Positions 40,229-50,491 are shown, counted from the stretch's first letter. The stretch is 64,000 bases of DNA from Candidatus Dojkabacteria bacterium (GCA_025999155.1 AP026679.1:17408-81407), one strand, 5' to 3'. Numbers and translations are program-made. The notes: generated by a model not told the origin, from the sequence alone.

Positions 40229-42130
40229 ATGTCAAGGATAATAGGAATAGATTTAGGAACAACAAACTCCTGCATGGCTGTTAACCAAACAGTCGGCGGT
40301 CCAAAAGTTATACCAAATGCCGAAGGAGCTAATACAACTCCTTCAGTCGTTGCTTGGAGCAATGGAGAACGTATAGTCGGTATTGCAGCAAAAAATCAAA
40401 GTGTATTAAATCCGAAAAATACTCTGTATTCTGTAAAAAGACTAATAGGAAGAAAATACAGTGATCCGGAGGTTCAAAGGGATATCAAATTACTTCCATA
40501 CGATATCAGAGAAGCAAAAAATGGTGGTGTGGAAGTAAAATTTGGTGAAGAGTGGCTTCCTCCTGAAGCTATATCTGCTATGGTTCTACAAAAGTTGAAA
40601 GCTGATGCAGAGAAGTTTTTAGGAGAGCCTGTGACAAGGGCTGTAATTACAGTTCCAGCTTACTTCGATGATGCTCAGAGACAAGCTACAAAGAATGCAG
40701 GGAAAATTGCAGGTCTTGAAGTTGAAAGAATTATTAATGAGCCTACGGCTGCGGCATTAGCTTATGGTCTGGATAAGAAAAAAGATGAGACTATTGTTGT
40801 GTACGATCTTGGAGGAGGTACTTTTGATGTGACTGTATTAGAAATTGGCGATGGAGTTTTTGAAGTTAAGGCTACAAATGGTGATACTCATCTGGGAGGG
40901 GATGATTTTGATCAAAGGATCATTAATTATTTAAATGAAGAATTTAAGAAAGCAAATGGTATTGATTTGAAGGAAGATACAGCAGCTTTACAGAGGCTGA
41001 AAGAAGCTGCAGAAAAAGCAAAAATAGAATTGTCAACATTGACGCAAACCCAAGTCAACATTCCTTATATTACTGCAGACAAAACTGGTCCAAAACATTT
41101 AAATGTTACATTAACAAGAGCAAAACTTGAGGAGCTTGTAAGCGATTTACTAGAAGCAACTCTTGAACCAGTGCGTAAGGCACTAGCTGATGCAGGTAAG
41201 AGCGTAGCGGATATAGATGAAGTGGTGCTTGTTGGTGGTATGACCAGAATGCCTAAAGTCCAACAAATAGTCAAAGAATTCTTTGGAAAGGAGCCTCATG
41301 CTGGAGTAAATCCTGACGAGGTTGTCGCTATTGGTGCTGCTATTCAAGCTGGTGTGTTACAAGGAGATGTGCACGATATTACATTGTTAGATGTCACACC
41401 GTTGTCTTTAGGTGTTGAGACAGAGGGAGGTATTATGACTAAGATTATCGAGCGAAATACAACCATACCTGTAGAAAAGAAGCAGATTTTTTCCACTGCA
41501 GCAGATAATCAGCCAAGCGTAGAGATTGTGATACTCCAAGGCGAAAGGCCAATGGCTGCAGATAACAAGGTCTTAGGAAGATTTATATTAGATGGTATTA
41601 GGCCGGCTCCGCGAGGAGTTCCTAGAATTGAAGTGACTTTTGATATTGATGCAAATGGTATATTGAAGGTGACTGCAAAAGATTTAGATACCGGGAAAGA
41701 GTTAAGTCAAACTGTTAAAGCAACAACAAATTTGACGGAAGATGAAATTGATAAAATGATAAAAGAGGCAGAAAAGTATGCAGAAGAAGATAAAAAGAAA
41801 AAAGAGCTTGCAGAAGCTCGCAATGATGCAGAATCTGCTATATCTGCCATTGAGAGATTAAAAAGTGAAAATAAAGACAAGCTCACAGAAGAACATAGTA
41901 AAGAGTTAGATACACATGTACAAAAATTGAAAGATCTATTGTCGCACTCTGCTCCAAGTATTGCTGATTTGAAGAGCGCTGCTGAGGATGCTCAGAAAAC
42001 GGCTTATAACATTGCTGCCCAGCTCGCGTCTCAAAGCAGCCCACAAACAGATAAAGCAAATGGATCCGAATCGAAGACAGATGGGTCTGATCAAAATAAC
42101 GAAGTAAAAGAAGGTGAAGTAGTAAAGTAA
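40229..42130 (+). CDS. dnaK: molecular chaperone DnaK (Hsp70)
   Basis: [18 protein letters not shown] and other Hsp70 signature blocks. The track ORF starts at 40184, but the conserved N-terminus begins at the ATG at 40229 ([14 protein letters not shown]). Confidence 0.95.
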   Translation: MSRIIGIDLGTTNSCMAVNQTVGGPKVIPNAEGANTTPSVVAWSNGERIVGIAAKNQSVLNPKNTLYSVKRLIGRKYSDPEVQRDIKLLPYDIREAKNGGVEVKFGEEWLPPEAISAMVLQKLKADAEKFLGEPVTRAVITVPAYFDDAQRQATKNAGKIAGLEVERIINEPTAAALAYGLDKKKDETIVVYDLGGGTFDVTVLEIGDGVFEVKATNGDTHLGGDDFDQRIINYLNEEFKKANGIDLKEDTAALQRLKEAAEKAKIELSTLTQTQVNIPYITADKTGPKHLNVTLTRAKLEELVSDLLEATLEPVRKALADAGKSVADIDEVVLVGGMTRMPKVQQIVKEFFGKEPHAGVNPDEVVAIGAAIQAGVLQGDVHDITLLDVTPLSLGVETEGGIMTKIIERNTTIPVEKKQIFSTAADNQPSVEIVILQGERPMAADNKVLGRFILDGIRPAPRGVPRIEVTFDIDANGILKVTAKDLDTGKELSQTVKATTNLTEDEIDKMIKEAEKYAEEDKKKKELAEARNDAESAISAIERLKSENKDKLTEEHSKELDTHVQKLKDLLSHSAPSIADLKSAAEDAQKTAYNIAAQLASQSSPQTDKANGSESKTDGSDQNNEVKEGEVVK

Positions 42131-42164
42131 AAAAAGATATTCGCCAGTAGCAAAATTTTAGAAA

Positions 42165-42192
42165 ATCAGGGGCATGTACCCCTGATTTTTTG
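42165..42192 (+). terminator. Rho-independent terminator after dnaK
   Basis: Perfect 8-bp stem (ATCAGGGG / CCCCTGAT) with a 6-nt loop, followed by a T6 tract. Confidence 0.8.
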
Positions 42193-42337
42193 TATCTAAT
42201 GTATAATTTAATATAATTGAATACAACGATGAATCATAATAAGGCAATCAAATTTCTATTTTGGCCTTTAGAAGTATAGTAGCTTTGTTGATCCTTGTTA
42301 ATGGATATTTTATTTTTAATACCAATTACGATGCAAT

Positions 42338-42844
42338 ATGGTTTTATCAATATGGCATGAAGCTAGGGATGGCATGAAGCTAGGGGTCGCTTCTTTTGTG
42401 TGTTTTACAGTCGCTATTTTGCCAGGTATGTTAGTACGTTATGGGATCAAATCGAAGTTAGTACCGATTCTATACCTGTACCGACGGGAATTCGGTAAGC
42501 TAATGTTCTTGTTTGCATTAAATCACTATTTGACTATAAAAGTATTCCCAACGATACAGGCTCAAAGTACAGTAACATTTCCTTTTTATCAATTTATAGG
42601 TTTTGTTGCTTTGTTTTTATCATTGTTTTTGTTTTTAACATCTAATGATTGGGCAGTTAAAAAACTAGGTAAGCTATGGCAGAAATTACATAAATTAGTA
42701 TATGTAATAGTATGGCTTATATTTTTACATGTAGCGATTGCTCAAGGTTTTTCGCCCTTGTCTACCTTAATCTTTATCGTGGCCATTGCTGAAACTATGT
42801 CGCTTGTGAATTTTTATCTAACAAAGCTAAACTTGGATAAATAA
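42338..42844 (+). CDS. hypothetical integral membrane protein (4-5 TM; conserved His in TM helices)
   Basis: Hydrophobic profile with His-containing helices (LNHYL, LHKLVYVIVWLIFLHVAIA). Weakly reminiscent of ferric-reductase-like or MsrQ-like heme-binding membrane domains. The start could be the ATG at 42376. Confidence 0.4.
   Translation: MVLSIWHEARDGMKLGVASFVCFTVAILPGMLVRYGIKSKLVPILYLYRREFGKLMFLFALNHYLTIKVFPTIQAQSTVTFPFYQFIGFVALFLSLFLFLTSNDWAVKKLGKLWQKLHKLVYVIVWLIFLHVAIAQGFSPLSTLIFIVAIAETMSLVNFYLTKLNLDK
42352..42385. repeat. 17-bp perfect tandem duplication (ATGGCATGAAGCTAGGG x2) at the 5' end of the downstream ORF
   Basis: Two identical adjacent 17-nt units seen directly. They overlap alternative start codons of ORF 42338. 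Confidence 0.9.
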
Positions 42845-42889
42845 GTATGTTAGTATTAGCAAAATTTATTGATTTTTTGGTAGAATTCC

Positions 42890-43981
42890 GTGATGAATGC
42901 TTTATTGACTGCAGCCGAGATTCTAAATAGGCTTGATTCACTTAAGGTTGCTTTAAAATTTGATGAAAAAGTACAAAAAATTCACTCGTTGAAACAATTA
43001 ACCGAACATCCAAATTTCTGGGACGATAAATCTGAAGCTCAGCGAGTCACTATTGAATTAGCTTCATTAACTGATGAAGTAGAAGAAATTAATAGATTAG
43101 AATTGAAAGCTAAGTCATTATCCGAACTAGAAGAAATTGAGCATGAATTGGATAAGGATATTCTTGATTCCTTAAAGCAGGAGATTCAAGAATTGAATAA
43201 ACATTTTTATGAATTAGAGCTTCGAGTATATTTGAGTGGTAAGTACGATAAATCCAATGCTTTGTTATCAATTCATGCTGGCCAGGGGGGTACAGAGGCT
43301 TGTGATTGGACGGAGATGCTTCTCAGAATGTATACGATGTATTGTCAAAAACGAGGGTGGAGTGTTGAAATAGTCGATATAGTTAAAGGAACTGAGGCAG
43401 GTGTATCAAAAGTTACTTTGGAAATCACGGGTGAATATGCATACGGGTATTTAAAAAATGAATCAGGAGTCCACAGACTTGTTCGTATATCCCCTTTTAA
43501 CGCACAGGGATTAAGACAGACTTCTTTTGCAGGAGTAGAAGTTTTACCTGTTATTAATACAGATATAGAACTTAATCTCAAACCTGAAGATATTGAATTT
43601 TCAACTGCCAGATCAGGTGGTGCGGGAGGACAAAACGTCAATAAAGTTAATACAAAAGTAATTCTTGTACATAGGCCAACAGGTATTCAGGTACAGTGTT
43701 CAGCAGAAAGATCTCAGGCACAAAATCGAGAGAAAGCTTTAAAAATACTTAGAGCAAAACTTTATCAGATAGAACTTGAAAAACAACTGGAAGAAAAAGC
43801 AAAGTTAAAGGGTGAGCATAAGATATTTGGTTGGGGTAATCAAATTCGTAACTACGTATTACATCCATATAAATTAGTTAAAGATTTACGAACAGATGTC
43901 GAATCGAATCAGCCTGAATTAATACTTGATGGTGAGCTTGATGAGTTTATTGAGGCAGAACTTAAATTAAGTTATAACTAA
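42890..43981 (+). CDS. prfB: peptide chain release factor 2
   Basis: GGQ motif ([11 protein letters not shown]) and the RF2-specific SPF motif (RISPFN). Single uninterrupted 363-aa ORF, so there is no programmed frameshift. Confidence 0.9.
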   Translation: MMNALLTAAEILNRLDSLKVALKFDEKVQKIHSLKQLTEHPNFWDDKSEAQRVTIELASLTDEVEEINRLELKAKSLSELEEIEHELDKDILDSLKQEIQELNKHFYELELRVYLSGKYDKSNALLSIHAGQGGTEACDWTEMLLRMYTMYCQKRGWSVEIVDIVKGTEAGVSKVTLEITGEYAYGYLKNESGVHRLVRISPFNAQGLRQTSFAGVEVLPVINTDIELNLKPEDIEFSTARSGGAGGQNVNKVNTKVILVHRPTGIQVQCSAERSQAQNREKALKILRAKLYQIELEKQLEEKAKLKGEHKIFGWGNQIRNYVLHPYKLVKDLRTDVESNQPELILDGELDEFIEAELKLSYN

Positions 43982-44041
43982 TGCAGGTAGTATTTGGTTT
44001 TATTTGCTTTGAAATGTTTTGGTGATTATAATTATTTTGCC

Positions 44042-44118
44042 GCCGATATAGCTCAGGCAGTCAGAGCGAAGGATTCATAACCCTTAGGTCGCAGGTGCAA
44101 GTCCTGCTATCGGCACCA
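44042..44118 (+). tRNA. tRNA with CAU anticodon (elongator Met or lysidine-dependent Ile2), CCA encoded
   Basis: Cloverleaf folded by hand: acceptor GCCGATA/TATCGGC, D stem GCTC/GAGC, anticodon stem AAGGA/CCCTT with loop TTCATAA (anticodon CAT), T stem GCAGG/CCTGC, discriminator A, then 3' CCA. It lacks initiator hallmarks (G1-C72 paired; only two G-C pairs in the anticodon stem). Confidence 0.8.
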
Positions 44119-44207
44119 TTTTTGCGGTACGATAAGATCTATTTATATACTATGAAATGTTTTTTAGGCCTTATTGACTTGGATGGTCTTTGGGATAATA
44201 ATCCTAT

Positions 44208-45302
44208 ATGAATCTTTCTTTAGGTATAGTTGGGTTACCCAATGTTGGAAAATCAACACTTTTCAATGCACTTACTAAATTAAATGCCTTAGCTGCTAAT
44301 TATCCTTTTGCTACTATAGAACCTAATATTGGCATTGTGCCGGTACGTGATGGAAGACTGTATCAGCTTGCTCAATCATCTAATTCTAAAGAAATTATTC
44401 CTGCCGTTGTGAAATTTGTGGATATTGCTGGATTAGTAAAGGGAGCATCAGAAGGTTTAGGGCTTGGGAACAAATTTCTAGGCCACATCAAAGAAGTTGG
44501 AGCAATATTGCATCTTGTACGTTTATTCCAAGATAAAAGTGTGATACATGTAGAGAACCGTATAGACCCCAAATCAGATATTCAAATTATCAATACGGAA
44601 TTAATACTCAAAGATATTGAGACAATCGATAAAAGGCTAAACGAAGTAAAGACGAAATTGAAAGCAAAATCAGACAAACTTCTGCAGGAGTATTTGGAAT
44701 TATTAGAAGCCTTACAGGATTTCATGAACCAAGAACATTTAGCGAATCAATTTCATTTTCAGAGTGATGATCAAAAAGCAAGTCTTGCAGACTTGAATTT
44801 AATCACTTTAAAACCAATGATTTATGTAGCAAATGTTGATGAATCGCATGTGAAAATATCTCAAGATGCATTAAGATCAATGATGGGATTAAGCCAAGAA
44901 GATATTGTTATCCCAATCTGTGTAAAAATGGAAGCAGAACTTGTCGTGCTGTCAGATGAAGAACAAAATGAATATTTACAATCTTTAGGATTAAGTGAAT
45001 CTGGTTTGGATAAAATCGTACGTTTAGGTTATAAAGTCCTTGGACTAATAAATTTCTTTACAACAGGGGAAAAAGAAACACGTGCCTGGACTATAACTGC
45101 TGGTACCAAAGCAGCTTCAGCATCTGGCGTAATTCATTCTGATTTTGAACGTCATTTTATCGCTTTAGAAGTTGTCAGTTATGATGATTTCATTACTTGT
45201 GGTTCGTGGAGTAGAGCGAGGGAATTAGGTAAAGTCCGTCTTGAAGGGCGAGAATATAGAATACAAGATGGTGATGTTGTTATCGTCCGGCACAATTGTT
45301 AG
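44208..45302 (+). CDS. ychF: ribosome-binding ATPase YchF (Obg-family GTPase)
   Basis: G1 motif GIVGLPNVGKSTLFNALT, DIAGLV, and a C-terminal TGS domain. Confidence 0.9.
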   Translation: MNLSLGIVGLPNVGKSTLFNALTKLNALAANYPFATIEPNIGIVPVRDGRLYQLAQSSNSKEIIPAVVKFVDIAGLVKGASEGLGLGNKFLGHIKEVGAILHLVRLFQDKSVIHVENRIDPKSDIQIINTELILKDIETIDKRLNEVKTKLKAKSDKLLQEYLELLEALQDFMNQEHLANQFHFQSDDQKASLADLNLITLKPMIYVANVDESHVKISQDALRSMMGLSQEDIVIPICVKMEAELVVLSDEEQNEYLQSLGLSESGLDKIVRLGYKVLGLINFFTTGEKETRAWTITAGTKAASASGVIHSDFERHFIALEVVSYDDFITCGSWSRARELGKVRLEGREYRIQDGDVVIVRHNC

Positions 45303-45391
45303 GCCTAATATTGACAATAATAAGTTAGCATTTCAATCAATTAAGAGTTTAGTGTAGACAAAAACATCTCTTTTATTTACAATGAGACGCT

Positions 45392-45703
45392 ATGGTAATT
45401 TTAACAAGTGATAATTTTAGAAACTCAATTGCAAGTGGTGTTGTCGTTGTAGATATGTACGCCGATTGGTGTGGCCCTTGCAGAGCTTTATCTCCAATCT
45501 TAGAAGAATTGTCGCAGAAGGTAGATGGAGTAACATTTGCAAAGTTAAATGTTGATGATTCTAGCGATATTGCAATGGAATATGGAGTAATGAGTATTCC
45601 AACGGTTATCATCTTCAAGGACGGAAAAGAACAAAAAAGGATTATTGGCTTGTATCCTAGAGATTACTACATCGAGGTTATAAATGATGCTAAGAATTCT
45701 TAG
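45392..45703 (+). CDS. trxA: thioredoxin
   Basis: WCGPC active site and 103-aa thioredoxin fold pattern. Confidence 0.9.
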   Translation: MVILTSDNFRNSIASGVVVVDMYADWCGPCRALSPILEELSQKVDGVTFAKLNVDDSSDIAMEYGVMSIPTVIIFKDGKEQKRIIGLYPRDYYIEVINDAKNS

Positions 45704-45727
45704 TTTTCTTGTTAACTAGAGTTATAA

Positions 45728-45804
45728 GCGGGTGTAGTTCAATTGGCTAGAATGTCTCCCTTCCAAGGAGAAGGTTGTCGGTTCGAGCCCGATCACCCGC
45801 TCCA
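45728..45804 (+). tRNA. tRNA-Gly (UCC anticodon), CCA encoded
   Basis: Acceptor GCGGGTG/CACCCGC, anticodon stem TCTCC/GGAGA with loop CTTCCAA (anticodon TCC), T arm GGTTCGAGCCC, discriminator T, CCA. Confidence 0.85.
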
Positions 45805-46071
45805 TTTCTTTCGATATAACTAGTTTTCCTTTAGTATTACTAACTCAGTAAGAGATAAGAGTATCCTAGTTTTCTGGACGGTTCTTTGTTCTCTAATATT
45901 ATAGTGTTTGTTAGGAATAGTTAGCTGATTGATTTATTCTCAGAAGAAAGGCTATTTACAAAGAAGTAAACACTTAAAAGATATTAGATTACGTATTAAT
46001 ATTCAGTAAATGTTTTCCGGATATAAATTTAATTGATTTCACGAATATTTCGAGATCTAATATAACTCTCT

Positions 46072-46638
46072 TCAGAACAGACTTATTCCATCTAATGGAT
46101 GCTGAGCTGTAGAAGAGCTTTCAACGACATCAAATGATAATTCCAATTTTATTTTATTCCCGATGCCGTCAGTATAATAACAGTATCCATGTTTTCTGAT
46201 ATATTCATATAGCTCCTTAGTAAGTTTTACATCCATATCACAATATTCTTTTAATTTATCCAGTTTACCTTCCTTATAGAATCTTACAGCATCGGTACCA
46301 TGTGCTATTTTTGATAAATTAAAAGTAGTAGAACTAAGATTATCTAGCTTTAAGGCCAGTCCATATCTATTATATACTTCTTTAAATATATCGATTATCT
46401 GTTTATTGCGTAAATCTAGCTTATAATACCTTTCTAGGACCGGAATATCATATCTGATTATATTGTATCCTACTATAGTATGTGCTTGTTTGATTATTTC
46501 TTGGAATTTATGTAAATCAGATTCAAAAACCCCATTATACTCATCAGTATCTGATCGGTAGTAACCAAGATAAGATATTCCATTATCTAAAAAGTTATTA
46601 GCAATCGTCTTGGCTTCATGATCAAAAACAACATACAT
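46072..46638 (-). CDS. DnaQ-like 3'-5' exonuclease domain protein (DEDDy-type), stand-alone
   Basis: Exo I-like FDHEA near the N-terminus, Exo II-like VGYNIIRYDIPVL, and a C-terminal Y-x3-D-like EYCDMD. 188 aa with no polymerase domain. Confidence 0.45.
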   Translation of the reverse strand: MYVVFDHEAKTIANNFLDNGISYLGYYRSDTDEYNGVFESDLHKFQEIIKQAHTIVGYNIIRYDIPVLERYYKLDLRNKQIIDIFKEVYNRYGLALKLDNLSSTTFNLSKIAHGTDAVRFYKEGKLDKLKEYCDMDVKLTKELYEYIRKHGYCYYTDGIGNKIKLELSFDVVESSSTAQHPLDGISLF

Positions 46639-46652
46639 GATCGAATAGTATA

Positions 46653-47243
46653 CTAAAAATTAATTATATAAACAAACAAAATTGTTATTAGACCTAGTAT
46701 AAAAAGTAAGCAGCCAACTGATTTAAATACAAAACTAATCATTCCCCCAAGACATCCTCTGTGTTTTTCTTTGTAAATAATTTTTGTTTGAGTGGGAGCT
46801 ATAGGCTCTGTGGTTGTGGATATGGGTGTCGGGGGTACGGGTGGGAAGTAGTTTGTAGAAGGATGTGATTGCGCAGGAGTTTGTGAAATATTAAACGAAG
46901 GGGTACTAGGAAATGCATTTTTCAAATAACTAGAACTATTTATAGATCCATTTTGAATAGTGTCAGAAAAATTTCCTTTTGCCGAATTTATTAGTTCATA
47001 AGCACTCTGTGGATTGATATGAGTTCCTCCTTTTTTTTTATGCAGCTCGGCCAGATTTATAGAATGAGGGGGTTGTGCAGGCATATCTAAAGAGTCGATA
47101 GTATCAGCAGTGACCAAATGGTCATTGTTAGCGATATGATCAACCTGTGTCCGAATATCGAGATTATGTAGTACTTGATTTTCTCCTTCTCTTGATAGGA
47201 ATTGGGGTGTATTTGGTTTTTTATCATCTTGCCTATTGTCCAT
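46653..47243 (-). CDS. hypothetical Pro/Ser/Thr-rich protein with C-terminal TM anchor
   Basis: Low-complexity P/S/T/N-rich body and a single C-terminal hydrophobic helix (CLLFILGLITILFVYIINF). Confidence 0.35.
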   Translation of the reverse strand: MDNRQDDKKPNTPQFLSREGENQVLHNLDIRTQVDHIANNDHLVTADTIDSLDMPAQPPHSINLAELHKKKGGTHINPQSAYELINSAKGNFSDTIQNGSINSSSYLKNAFPSTPSFNISQTPAQSHPSTNYFPPVPPTPISTTTEPIAPTQTKIIYKEKHRGCLGGMISFVFKSVGCLLFILGLITILFVYIINF

Positions 47244-47919
47244 GGCATGTGAACATTTCTTTGAAGTAATGGCCTGTTTCGATTAAATTACGAATGCCTT
47301 GTTGTATGGTACTCGAATCGTTGTTATTTACGAGCTTTAATGTGATCAGGGTGATACGCTTTGGCGTATTTTCAGGGACATCTGGAGCAATGGCCAAGTA
47401 CAGTCTGGATTGAGTGATCGGAGTGTTGCATGTCGTTGTTCTAATGAAGAGTGAGTTAAACTTGAGATCAAACATTCCTAATTTTAGTAATGGAAAGTTT
47501 TGGTTCAGTGAATTGATAAAATCATTTATAGATCCATATTCATAATAATACGAATTTGTCTTTAGATAATTTCTCAGTTCAGTAAATAAGTCGTTAGATT
47601 GATCGGTCGTATATATGTCACAGTATTCTATATTAATCTTGGTATACATACCGACATAATTTGCTATTGTATCAATATTTTTAGCAAGGTTTTGTATTTG
47701 ATCCAGCGGCAGGTTTAGTTCTAGCTGTGAATTTAGATCTTGAATTGAATCTAAATCATTTGATGAATATTCTAGTATATGTGGTATACAGGAATGGAGG
47801 TCTTTTAGATCAAGGGTTTTTTGGACTGTCTTTTGTAGCGGAAATATAGCAAAACTCACAAGTGTAATGCCTAGCATATAACCCAATATTGCTATTAAGG
47901 ATATAAAAAAGCGAAACAT
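47233..47919 (-). CDS. hypothetical protein with N-terminal TM anchor
   Basis: N-terminal TM (FFISLIAILGYMLGITLVSFAIF) and a roughly 200-aa hydrophilic domain with no recognisable motif. Its 3' end overlaps the downstream ORF by 11 nt, suggesting co-transcription. Confidence 0.35.
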   Translation of the reverse strand: MFRFFISLIAILGYMLGITLVSFAIFPLQKTVQKTLDLKDLHSCIPHILEYSSNDLDSIQDLNSQLELNLPLDQIQNLAKNIDTIANYVGMYTKINIEYCDIYTTDQSNDLFTELRNYLKTNSYYYEYGSINDFINSLNQNFPLLKLGMFDLKFNSLFIRTTTCNTPITQSRLYLAIAPDVPENTPKRITLITLKLVNNNDSSTIQQGIRNLIETGHYFKEMFTCHGQ

Positions 47920-47956
47920 ATACTTTAGAATCTTATAAAAAATCTAAAAAACTTTT

Positions 47957-48547
47957 TCAAGTATGAAAACTACCGTCAAATACTTTATTAATAATATCTA
48001 GGAATTCCTTCACTGATGCTTCAATGTCTTCTTGCATCCTCATATAAAAATTTGCAAGATGTCTTCGTCGTCTTTCTTCTGTAGCAAATTTTAATCTAAA
48101 TTGAAACATTTTTTCGTTAGTTATTTCCGGACTATTTTTTAATTGCTTTATAAGAAATTCTGTATCTCTTACGTCAATAAAGATACTTTTTGCATAAGGA
48201 TAGTATCGAGCAAAAACCGGTACATTAACTATATTAACTACAGTAACAATAATCTTATCTGGATGTGCTTCTAAAAGTTGTTGGAATTCTTTTTTTGCCT
48301 TACCATATCGATAATTATTACTTACTAACTTCTGCCATTCTATAAACTTTTCTTCTTCTATCATTCGTGTGAATTTGTCTGCAGATATGAAATAAAAATC
48401 CTCGCCATCAATTTCATCAGGACGTTGCGGCCTATCCGTATACGACACTGATTTAACTAACCTTTTATCGCTTTTCAGTGCCAATTTAATGATTGAACTT
48501 TTATCAAAACCTGAAGGACCGGTTACTACAAGTATTTTGGGATTCAT
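47957..48547 (-). CDS. gmk: guanylate kinase homologue with atypical P-loop
   Basis: Colinear with Gmk (S-x-T-x-R...R-x-x-E...Y-x-F, NYRYGK). The P-loop reads GPSGFDKSS instead of GPSGAGKST, and the STTR/RPGE blocks read SYTDR/RPDE. Confidence 0.7.
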   Translation of the reverse strand: MNPKILVVTGPSGFDKSSIIKLALKSDKRLVKSVSYTDRPQRPDEIDGEDFYFISADKFTRMIEEEKFIEWQKLVSNNYRYGKAKKEFQQLLEAHPDKIIVTVVNIVNVPVFARYYPYAKSIFIDVRDTEFLIKQLKNSPEITNEKMFQFRLKFATEERRRRHLANFYMRMQEDIEASVKEFLDIINKVFDGSFHT

Positions 48548-48551
48548 ATTT

Positions 48552-50042
48552 TTAATTTCTGTTTATACGTTTGAGACATCTATCTATACCAAGCATCACC
48601 ATTGATTCAAATAGAGGAGGCGAATACCTGGAACCAACGATCATTAATCTCAATGCCATAAAAAGGTCGGCATGCCTCCAGCCTATCGAATCAGCGGCTT
48701 CTCTGATTTTGGACTCCCATTCACGATGAGTCCATGGATGCTGTAAAGATTGAATTACATTGTACAATTTCTCTCTTGCTATTTCAAATTCTTCCCTGGT
48801 ATGACCTGTTGGAGTGATATCAACTTGATTGAAGTCTGTATCATTAAATAGAAAACCTAGATAGGAAAATATATCAGATAATTTTGTGATGCGTTCTTTG
48901 ACTAGCATTAATCCTTCTTGAAGTAAAGATCTATCGGTTAAAAATTTTGATGGTAGACTAGAGTCAAAGTCTTGGTAATACTCATGTAGTTGTGGCGCAT
49001 GATTTTCAAGCCAATATATTGTTCTTTTAATGTAATCTTGATTTGATAATCTACGAACATGTTGACCATTAAACCAGTCCAATTTTGATGAATTAAACTT
49101 CGCATTTGTTTTCAATATATTTTGATAATCAATAGCCTCAATAATTTGATCCATGTCCATAATTTCCTCGTGCTTATCCTTAAAATGAAAAGAGCATGAA
49201 ATATATACCACATAATTAATAATAGCTTCTGGTAAATACCCTTCAGCACGAAATTGAGCTATTGATTTAGCGCCATATCTTTTTGATAGTTTTCCTGGTT
49301 GGTTTTCGTTTTGAATATCTGAAAAATGTGCGAATCGTGGAACTTGCCAGTTAAAAATATTGTAAATCAGAACTTGCTTTGATGTATTGCTTAAATGGCC
49401 AAAACCTCTTACCACATCGGTGACTCGCATTTCGTGATCGTCGATTACTACAGCAAAGTTATACATAGGTGTGCCATCAGATTTTTGTATGACTATATCT
49501 CCTATTTGATTAGTATTCACACTTATTTCACCAAAGACTTCGTCTTTAAACGTTATAATTTGGTTTTTTGGTACACGTAACCGAATTACAGGTTTACGTC
49601 CTTGTGCTGCAAACTTTTTTCTTTCTTCTTCTGTCAAATTTGCATGATGACCTAGATAAACTGCTGGTTGCCCTTTAGATCTTTGCTGTTTTATTTGCTC
49701 TTTTCGTTCTTCAGGAGTTTCATAAGCAGGGTATGCTTTGTCTTCAGCGAGTAACTGATTTATATATTTTTCATATATAGACAAACGTTGTGATTGGAAG
49801 TATTCGTTTTTCTCGGTTGGATTTTCAGGACCTAGATCGTATGTAATCCCAAGCCATTGTAAATCCTCGAGAAGCATAGCCACAGAATCAGCTTTGTTCC
49901 TTTTTTGATCTGTATCTTCGATTCGTAAGATAAATTTGCCATTGAATTTTTTAGCGAGAATGTAGGGAATTAAAGCTGCCTTTACTTGTCCTAAATGTAT
50001 TCGTCCTGTTGGACTTGGAGCATAACGAAAAATCCTCGACAT
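48552..50042 (-). CDS. gltX: glutamate--tRNA ligase (GluRS; discriminating status unknown)
   Basis: Class I motifs RYAPSPTGRIHLGQ (HIGH-type) and KLSKR (KMSKS-type), with a C-terminal anticodon-binding region. Confidence 0.9.
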   Translation of the reverse strand: MSRIFRYAPSPTGRIHLGQVKAALIPYILAKKFNGKFILRIEDTDQKRNKADSVAMLLEDLQWLGITYDLGPENPTEKNEYFQSQRLSIYEKYINQLLAEDKAYPAYETPEERKEQIKQQRSKGQPAVYLGHHANLTEEERKKFAAQGRKPVIRLRVPKNQIITFKDEVFGEISVNTNQIGDIVIQKSDGTPMYNFAVVIDDHEMRVTDVVRGFGHLSNTSKQVLIYNIFNWQVPRFAHFSDIQNENQPGKLSKRYGAKSIAQFRAEGYLPEAIINYVVYISCSFHFKDKHEEIMDMDQIIEAIDYQNILKTNAKFNSSKLDWFNGQHVRRLSNQDYIKRTIYWLENHAPQLHEYYQDFDSSLPSKFLTDRSLLQEGLMLVKERITKLSDIFSYLGFLFNDTDFNQVDITPTGHTREEFEIAREKLYNVIQSLQHPWTHREWESKIREAADSIGWRHADLFMALRLMIVGSRYSPPLFESMVMLGIDRCLKRINRN

Positions 50043-50120
50043 ACTTCAATGATAACTCATTTTTATGTTTATATTCAATAATAATTGATCGTATAGTTCT
50101 GTATTGATAAAATCACACCA

Positions 50121-50444
50121 GTGCATTCTAAAGTTATAAAGGTAAAATTAGTCTTGGACGCTTTAAAAAAGGTAGTTGATCCAGAGATCGGAATGAATAT
50201 CATTGACGTAGGTCTTATTTATGGAATTGAAATCGATCAAAGTAATTCTGTTTACATCAAAATGACATTGACTACACCAGGATGTCCTTTGAAAGACTAT
50301 TTCATATCCGAAATTGAAACCGTTTTAATGGATGTTGATTTTGTAACTGACGTACAGGTAGAATTTGTATGGTCTCCTCCATGGGATCTTAGTATGATGG
50401 ATGAAGACGCAAAATTAAACCTTTTTCAATTTATGCGAGGGTAG
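50121..50444 (+). CDS. DUF59 (MIP18/SufT-like) Fe-S cluster assembly protein
   Basis: LDALKKVVDPEIGMNIIDVGLIYGIEID and TLTTPGCP blocks typical of DUF59. Confidence 0.75.
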   Translation: MHSKVIKVKLVLDALKKVVDPEIGMNIIDVGLIYGIEIDQSNSVYIKMTLTTPGCPLKDYFISEIETVLMDVDFVTDVQVEFVWSPPWDLSMMDEDAKLNLFQFMRG

Positions 50445-50491
50445 TGCGGATATGTAAAAGTGACATTTATAAGTATATATAAGCATACATC

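Noticed and set aside
42890-43981. Programmed +1 frameshift in prfB and alternative genetic code (UGA recoding, as in some CPR lineages)
   Set aside because: RF2 is encoded as a single uninterrupted 363-aa ORF with an intact N-terminus, and the large conserved genes (uvrA, dnaK, groEL, ftsI) are full-length in the standard code. There is no sign of in-frame TGA interruptions.
44042-44118. Calling the CAU tRNA an initiator tRNA-fMet
   Set aside because: The 1:72 position is a Watson-Crick G-C pair and the anticodon stem lacks the three consecutive G-C pairs typical of bacterial initiators. Elongator Met versus Ile2 cannot be resolved by eye.
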